A stretch of 64,000 nt of DNA. Source: Lama guanicoe. Its lineage: Eukaryota. The notes under the pieces were generated by a model. That model did not search any database and had not been told where the DNA came from. It saw nothing but the letters and a program-made list of their open reading frames with translations. This document shows, piece by piece, positions 56,518 through 64,000 of this stretch (positions are counted from its first letter, which is position 1; the number at the start of each line of letters is the position of its first letter). The stretch lies in NCBI GenBank assembly GCA_013239625.1, contig MU054823.1, forward strand, positions 1,020,305 through 1,084,304. The letters are read 5' to 3'. The translations under genes and the position numbers were made by a program.

Positions 56518-59056
56518 TCAGCAGTGGATCTCGTAGGCGGCGGGCGGCTGCAGTGGGAGCCCTTGTGTGGGTCCGGGTTCCGTGCTCTCGGTCGTCTCCG
56601 CTGGGCCCTCGGCGAAGAGCGGCTTGGAGCGGTCGATGACGAACATCTCGTGGCCCCGCTCGTCGCGCAGCTCCTCGAGCTGCGCGAAGGTGTAGGGCCC
56701 GTCAGAATAGTCGTTGACGAAGAGAGCGCCCTCCCCCGGCGGCCCTGGCGCTTTTTTGCGCCTGCGTCGCCGGCGGCAGATCATGGTCGCCAGCAGCAGC
56801 ACCGTGAGCGCCAGGAGCGCAATGGCCGCCGCGATAACCGTCTGCGTGGCCAGGCTCAGGGCACGGAAGGCCATGCTGCCTGCTTCGGGCAGGGGCTCGT
56901 GGCTGATGGGGCCGGCGGCCGGGGGCGGCGCGGGCGCCAGCTGCTGCTGCCGGGACAGGTTGACCAGGAGCTGGAAGGGCACGCGGGCGGCGCCGCCGGC
57001 GTTGGAGGCCTCGCACTCGTACTTGCCGGCGTGGGCCAGGGTGATGTTGGTGAGGAAAAGCATGCCGCTGCCCGTGTCAGAGGCCCCGGGCCCGCCTGGG
57101 ACCGGCACCCCACCTTCTGGTTGGGCTTGGGCCGGCGGCGGCCCCTCGCGAGGCTGTGCCACCTTTCTCCAGGTCACGAGGGGCTGCGGGTAGCCAGAAG
57201 CCTGGCAGGCAACCCTTAGGTCCTCACCCAGGTTGGCTGTCACCTCCAGCGGCTCCACGTGCACAGTGGGTGGGATGCAGATGAGGCTACTGCCAGACAC
57301 GTCCAGGAGACTCTGAAGTGCCAGGCGGGGAGGCTCTGCACACATGATCTTCCTGTCCCTGGAGCTGAGCAGCCGCTGGCCCCCCTCTTTGATCCAGACT
57401 CCCAGCCAGTGCAGGGCACAGTCACAGCGCCATGGGTTCTCTGTGGGCAGAGCAGCGGCGGGTAGGTAGCTCAGGTGCCTCCGGAACACAGTCTGTGCAG
57501 TTGGGTTGTTGGCCAGAGGAGGAGCCCTTTTCCCACCTCCCACAGTCAGGGACCTCTGCCACCCCTTCTCTGACCCCAAGCGCCTTAGTGTGTAGGCGGG
57601 CACACCCCCACCCGCAACTCCGTTCTGTAATGCATGTTCTAGTTCACTTTACTAAACTCTTGGAAATTCCCCCCTCCTCTGAAGCCTCTCCCTGCAACAA
57701 ATCTCACTATTTGGGGGAACCTCTGTGTTCACGTAGACATCCCACCAGCACTGAAACTTTGCACATCCTCTTGGCCCTGCCTTCAGGTGCTGTCTCCAGG
57801 AAATGGCCCCAGTCCTGGTCTCATCTGTCCAGTTTTTGCCTGCCTGCCCTCCGATGGCCCCAAAGTGTGCAAGCCACTCAGCTCTGTCCAGTCTGTTCAG
57901 GGACTTGTACCTTTTCTGTTTTCCTTGGGAGGGGTCCCCGAACTGCCCCTACCAGCACCCCTGTTCCTAGCAGTCTTCTATCATGTCTGTGGGTGGTGGT
58001 GTGGCCCTGCAGAGCACTACTGCCATTGGAGACCCTTCCACAGCTGGGCCTGCTCCCTACTGTCATCACTGTGGCCAAGGAAGCTACCTTTGCACGAGAC
58101 CCCCTTGACCCCATAAGCGGTACCTGTGAGGCGTAGGACCTGCAGGCTGGCTAGGGGCTGCAGGGCCTCTCGGCTGATGGTGCCCAGCTGGTTCCTGCTG
58201 AGGTCCAGCAGGGCCAGCGAAGAGAGCCCGGCCAGGGCCTGGTCCTCCAGCAGCTCAATGCTGTTTTCCTGCAGGTGCAGCTCCTGCAGTCGCTGAAGCA
58301 GGGACAGTAGATCATCAGGGAAAGGGGCCTTGGAGGACAGGTCCCCTTCTTACCAGGCTAGACTGTGCTGACGGAGAACTCCCTTTCCATACTCCCGTTG
58401 GGTAGAGCATGTGGCAATGCAGGAAAACTGCTGCCCTTGCCCACCCCTCTCCCCACTCACCTGCAGGTGTAGGAAGGTGAAATCCAGCAGCTGCACCAGC
58501 TGGTTACCGGCTAGGTAGAGTACACGCAGTTGGGCCAGACCAGCAAAAGCGCCTACACGCAAGCCTCGCAGCCCGTTGCTGGTGAGCGCCAGCTCCAGCA
58601 GGCGCGACTGCGCGCGGAAGGCACCTGGCTCCAGAGCGCGCAGGCTGTTGTTGTGCAGGTAGAGATGGCGCAAGGAGGCCAGAGGCGTCAAGACACCAGG
58701 CTCCAGGTGCGCGATGCAGTTGTCCTGCAGGAACAGTGTCTGTGGGGCCAGAGGGAGGGAGGGCATTTACCCCACTGGGGCTGTCTCTTCCCTAGGGGGC
58801 CCAACCACCCAAGAGGAAACACATCCCCATCCCTCTGCATCTCAGGCACCCCTCCCCTGCAGCCCAGCAGCCTCCATGCGGTGCCCACCTGTGTCCCGGG
58901 CGGGATCCCAGGCGGGATGACGTGGAGCTGCAGGGCACCGCACTCCACTGTGGCGCTGTAGCAGCGGCAGGCAGCCGGACAGCTGGCAGCGCAGGGCAGG
59001 ACACTGGATAGTGACAGCAGCAACAGCAACAGCAATGTGGGTGCCCCTGGGGCCAT
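56518..59056 (-). CDS. LRRC24: Leucine-rich repeat-containing protein 24 (signal peptide, LRR, Ig, TM), ~512 aa, 4 coding exons
   Basis: Exons 59056-58889, 58739-58461, 58292-58124, 57440-56518. Signal peptide, LRRNT CPAACRC, LRRCT NPWRCDC, Ig domain (CQASGYP...GKYECEA), TM helix, ending AYEIHC*. Confidence 0.95.
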
Positions 59057-61420
59057 CTCCCGTGGGACAGGCGCGCACTGCGAAGCCGCAGCCTCCTCAC
59101 CAGCCTGCCTCCAGTCCAGCCCTGGATGGGACGCGCCTCCTGAAACACAGGTTCTGCCTGTCTTTAACATTTGAGAGCCACTAAAAAGGATGGCTGGAGG
59201 CACACATCCTGTGTCTGAATTTTTTTAAGTTTTAAATCAGCTTGAGAAACTGATTAAACGTTCATTGCCTTCCTTTATAAAAAGTTGTAAAGATCTGGGG
59301 CATCAGGTTCCAATTTAGAATTTCTTCTGTCCTCAGAGTCTTGCCACACAGGCCACGTGGGGACAGCCCACCCCATCCCAGCCTGCTTTTCTCCCCATCC
59401 CATCTCTACTAGCACTGAGGAGTTTCCTGCTCATGCGCGAGGACGTCTTGACCGCCGTGCCCTCTACACCCTAACAACAGCCACTCCTTGGATCTTGCGT
59501 GCAAGAGGCTGGTGAAAGGTATGGCCTTGGGGACACAAGGGTTAAGTTTGGGGTCAGTTACCACAGCGTGGACTAGAATGGGAAGAGCAGCCTCTGGGCA
59601 GACACATCCCCATGTCCACATAGACTCTTCACTCTGTGGGGACTGGTGTCAGACCTTGAAGGCACAGAGCTTAGAGTAGAGGTCCTTTTTGTGCCCCCAG
59701 GACGAGGCCCAAGGCTCCACACTCCTTCCCTGCCCTCAACTGACCTTGACCCAGCATTTACTCTGGTCATTTTTATCCCTGGAACTCATGCTCTGTCCTC
59801 AAACCTGGGATTCTCCTGTTGTAAATTGATGGAGGATATGGGCACAACTGGTCTCAGGGGAGGCACCAGGAAAATCGAGGCATATCTTTGTCCAGCCTCT
59901 GCCCCTGCCCTCCTGGGAGTGGAAGTGGCTGGAACAGCTTAGCTAGAATTAGGGCTTTTTCCTCAGGGAGTTTGTTAGATAATCAGGGGTGAGACAAACA
60001 GCAGGAAAATCAGTTTGGAAGGTGTGGGCCTGTCATCTCCATACTGGCTCCCAGTAAAGGACCCCTGTTTTGGGGGGCATGTGGGGCCCTGGAATGGCTG
60101 GGGTGTGAAAGATGGGCCTTGGGCCACCAACTGGGTTTCTAGTGGTGTTTCCCAAGTAGGCTTTGGGGGCAGTGACTTCCTGGACTGAAGTGGGGAGTCG
60201 TGTGTTGGGTTTATGTTCATGCAAATGTGACCCTAGAGAGAGGGCAAGGCCTGGGTCTAGCTTGAGGCACATTGAGTCCAAATTAAAGGAGGGGACTTGG
60301 GCTGAGAAGCCAGCCAGTCTGAAGCCAGGGATGGGGCTGAGGGTGTGCTATCACTGAGCCTTTAGCTCCACCTCACACTGTCCCTGCTTGAACACCTGCC
60401 TGCTCACCAGGACTCCCCACTAGCAAGAGTGAGTCATGTGGAAAGGCAGTAAGTGGCCTTGGTGTTTGTTTGAGTCTTGCTCTAAATTGTAATTCACATG
60501 ATTATTGAAAATCACTGGAGAGAGATAGGCACAGCAAAAGTTTTAATGGAATAGCTTTGGCTCAGGCAGAGGCAGTTCCCAGATGTCTCAGAATGTAGGT
60601 GAGCCCCAAGAAACTGGGGGCATTCTCTGAAGCCCCTGGGACCCATTTCCCTGAACAAAAGGGGTGGCCCAGGGTGGCCACCCAGCTTCCAGCAGCAAGG
60701 CCTCTCAAATATAGAAGGTTCTTGGCCTCCTCCTCAGGACTCGGGGGACTACTGCTCTGATGGACAGCTCCTAGATGCTGATTCGTGTATAAAGGCTGGC
60801 CTGGGCAAGGATGAGGGCCAAGCAGGAAGGGCAGGGGAGGCCAGCCCAGAAATCCTTTTACCTAGGGGAAAACCCCTAATCCGGCTGGGCAGGGGTGGGT
60901 TGTCACTGTCTCAGGGCACCCATTTGAGGGGGAGGGAGGCTCGGAGGGGTAAGAGGGGAAGACCTGCGATCCTCTCAGGCGCAGAGTCGGGAGTCTTGAT
61001 CGTCCACGGCCTCAGGCATGGTCTGTCCCGGGCCGGTACAGGGCAGGGTGTGGTCCCCGCCAGGTCGCAAGCCTTTCTCGGTGAGCAGGGACGGCCCGCG
61101 ATCCCGCCCCCTCGCCCGCTGACCTTGGGTCGGGCGGACCCCTCACCTGACGCTTCCTCGGTGCGGCTCCCCCGCCGAACCCTGGCCCACCGAGCAGCGC
61201 AGGGCGGGGGAGGGGCGGGCGCCGCTCGCGCTCGCGCACTGGAGCGCCGGCGCCTCCCGCCCGGCCGCCCGGGTCTGCCGTCGCGAGCGCCGGCCGAACC
61301 AGAGGACGCCGAGGACACCCCAGGCGAGGTGTGTGGGGAGGGACCGAGGGCTGGTGACCCAGCCCCTCCCCGTGTCGGGGCCCGGGCCGCGGCAGCACCA
61401 CGGACAGCGCCCGGCGCGGC

Positions 61421-61460
61421 GGGGCAGCGGGGCAGCGGGGCAGCGGGGCAGCGGGGCAGC
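61421..61460. repeat. (GGGGCAGC)5 tandem repeat
   Basis: Five perfect 8-bp units in the C8orf82 3' UTR / LRRC24 promoter island. Confidence 0.95.
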
Positions 61461-61550
61461 GGTGCGCCTTCGCCGCGCACGCGCACTCAGCCTCAGCCAG
61501 CGAGCTCTCCGGGTGGCGCGTGCGCAGCGACGCGGGCCGCGCGGCGCCGC

Positions 61551-63075
61551 TCAGGGTGGTGGGGCAGCGAGCAGCAGCGGGGCCAGGTCCATAGTGAGCG
61601 CGAAACGGCGGCCCTGCCAACACACGTGAGAGGGCAGGTCGGGAGCGCCAGGCGCGTACTCGAAGCAGGCGCTGAGCTCGAAGGCCAGGGCCGACCGCAC
61701 CAGCCCTACACCGCCCGCGCGCTCCGGCGCTGGGTGGTAGAGCCGCCCATTGGCGGCCAGGGGCAGCAGGCGCGCCGGCTGGAAGGGTACGGCCAGGGCC
61801 TCGCCGCCGCCGCAGTAGGAGAGGCGCGGGGGCCCAGGGTCCGCGGCCAGCAGGTGCGTGAAGACCACGGGTCGGTCCTCGCAGCGGAGGAAGTTGCGCT
61901 CCCTGCCGCATGGTGAGAGGAAGGGGAAGGAGGCCTCGTAGCGCCCGCTGCGGTTGGGTCTCAGGCGAGAGAAGAAGACGACCAGGAACTGCGGGTCTGG
62001 GGGACCGAAGGGCGCGGCTGCTCAGCATGCCGGGCCCCAAGGCCCCTGGGCCCTACTGCCCCCAGGCAGGCGGCTAACCCTGGGCGACACCAAGGGCAGG
62101 CACCGGGTGTTGATGGGCTGTCCTGGCCTGTCTCCAGACAGGAAGCTCTGGAGCGCAGGACTCCCAGTACCCCGCTGCGGGCAGGCCCACCAACAGGTTG
62201 GGCAGCGGAGCCCTTCAGGGCCTTCTCCGAAGCGAGGGAAGGTCGGGGAGGAGAGCGCATCAGTACCTTTGAAGCAGGTGATGAAGTTCTTCATTTTGGA
62301 GTCATCTAGGAAAAGCTGCAGACAGAGGGGCAGGCCGTGACCCATCAGTCCCAGGTGGAAGCTCGACAAAGCTGGCCCCAGAGCGGGAAGGCCCCGGTGG
62401 GCGTCCTCTTTCCTTGCTCGTCTGTGCACACCGAGTGCAGAGGCGCGTGGAAGGTAAACCCCTGCCGACTTCCCCGCATCCACCCCGCACTCCAGGCCAT
62501 GCTTCCTCACGCACAGGTTCTCTGGCCTGACACGTCTTCCCCACGTCTCTTCCCTCCTCCTTTCTAGTTTCTATGTGCCGCCTCCGCGGAGGCTGATTTG
62601 CTTCCCCCTGGACATGGCCGACACCCCCGTCAAAGCTTCCAAAGTAGGTGGGACGGCTGCAGGAGCTGGGGATGCAAAGCGAGCGGAGTGCAACCACTTG
62701 CGGGAGGTTGGCTGCTGGGGGCCTAGCCCTTTGGGGCCGGGACCAGGCGCGCCAGTCGCTCCGGCGCGGCGCGGCGCGCCGCCCCCGCCCACCAGTCGCA
62801 TTCACTTACTTTAAAAGACCCCGCCCCTCAGACGCCTACCGCCAGGCCCCACCTCTCTCGCAGGGGCCTCCCTCAGGCCCCGCCCCCTCCCCGCCCACCT
62901 GGCCCTGATGATCCAAGTAGTAAAAGTATTCCCGCGTCCGCGGCTCTGGGCTCTGGCCCTGCGTGTAGGAGACGCCTCCAACCCCGCCGCAGGCCCGGGT
63001 CCCCAGGGACCGCGCCAAGCCCAGGGCCCAAGCCCGGAAAGCCCAGGCCCGGAGAGCCCCACGAGTCGCCCACAT
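61551..63075 (-). CDS. C8orf82: UPF0598 protein C8orf82 homolog, 223 aa, 3 exons
   Basis: Exons 63075-62899, 62315-62267, 61996-61551. Sequence YTQGQSPEPRTREYFYYLDHQGQ|LFLDDSKMKNFITCFK|DPQFL...GRERNFLRCEDRPVVFTHL...NGRLYHPAPERAGGVGLVRS. Confidence 0.95.
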
Positions 63076-63500
63076 CCTCCTTTCTCGCCGGAAGCGGTCA
63101 GAGGGTCACGAGTGGGCGGTGCTGCGCAAACGTACGTCCCCCCTGCGGCTGCGACCTTGCGCTTTGGGTTCCGTTTGCGGCCACCGAGCGCGCCCGGCCT
63201 GGCCTCGCGCGTCCCCCGGACGGCCCCGACATTCTTCCTTCTTTGGGCCTTAGGGACTCGCCGCCCTGCCGTTCGGCTGGGGAAAGGGTGGCGGGCGGGG
63301 CTGCCCGACGGTGGGGTGCAGGCGAGTTCAGGACGGGGTCACCGGCCGGGGCTGGGGCCGGGGCGCTGGCGGGCTTGCGGGCCCAGTCTCTCTGCTCTCG
63401 GAAGCTGGCTGTCCCCTAGTGGGCGAGCTACCCTCACTGTCTCCTCCCCGATCCCCTGGGAAGCCAGCTCGGCGGGGCCGACTGCGCGTCGGCCTAGGTG
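62700..63500 (-). promoter_or_regulatory. CpG-island promoter of C8orf82
   Basis: CpG-dense; ETS-like CCGGAAG at ~63087-63093 just upstream of the ATG. Confidence 0.7.
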
Positions 63501-63919
63501 CTGAACAAAGAGATGGTGAATAAACACTGCCTAGAAGCCTATGCGTGCCTCAGAGGAGGGCGGGTCAGACAAAGACCCCAGCAGTCGGGCGGGGCTTCGG
63601 GGTCAAGTATGATAATTCAGGTGGCCGCAGCCGGCCCAGGGTGCCTCTCATCCTGCGCACCTACCTGGAGCCTCGTCCGCGATTCATCATCTCCCCGTTG
63701 TTTCAGGGAAGCTGCCTTACTCTCCCTTCCACCCCTGTTCCAGCCTCTCCGCCCCCCATTCTCCCTTGGCCTGGCGTCCACGCCGGCAACCGACTGGCCG
63801 CTGACAGTGAGCTGCCCAGAGCCCCAACCCAGACTTCCCCCCCCCCGCAAGCCCCGCTGCAACTGGAAGGAACGGAAGGCAACAGGCAGCGACCAAGGCT
63901 TGCAAGTGTCTATATGTAC

Positions 63920-63925
63920 TTTATT
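63920..63925 (-). terminator. AATAAA, probably the 3' end of the next minus-strand gene (ARHGAP39 by synteny)
   Basis: tttatt on the + strand at the window edge. The gene identity is inferred from recalled synteny only. Confidence 0.4.
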
Positions 63926-64000
63926 CACACAGAGTGTTGTCACCTCTCGAGACCATGCGTCAGAGCGAGTCTGTGGCCCCACTGCCCCTCCTTAGGGCCC

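Overview
Mammalian genomic DNA: GC-rich, gene-dense and full of spliced genes. It is orthologous to the human 8q24.3 cluster. Gene order: ZFTRAF1/CYHR1 exon 1 (-), TMEM276 (-), KIFC2 (+), FOXH1 (-), PPP1R16A (+), GPT (+), MFSD3 (+), RECQL4 (-), LRRC14 (+), LRRC24 (-), C8orf82 (-), and probably the 3' end of ARHGAP39 (-). I reconstructed the exon chains by hand from GT-AG boundaries and phase; the ten complete genes close in frame at plausible lengths. A young tRNA-Ala-derived SINE with an 18-bp target-site duplication suggests a camelid source (inference). I found no new prokaryote-style system, CRISPR array or foreign insert, and most long six-frame ORFs are GC-rich shadows. The best leads: (1) RECQL4 has 23 exons, a Cys-to-Tyr change in its zinc knuckle and a 64-nt intron. 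(2) A CCAAT-N10-CRE promoter cassette sits in the LRRC24 3' UTR and mirrors the RECQL4/LRRC14 promoter. (3) An internal splice donor allows a TMEM276-ZFTRAF1 chimera. (4) Several transcription units are nested or overlap. Comparisons with human and mouse proteins are from memory and need alignment to confirm.
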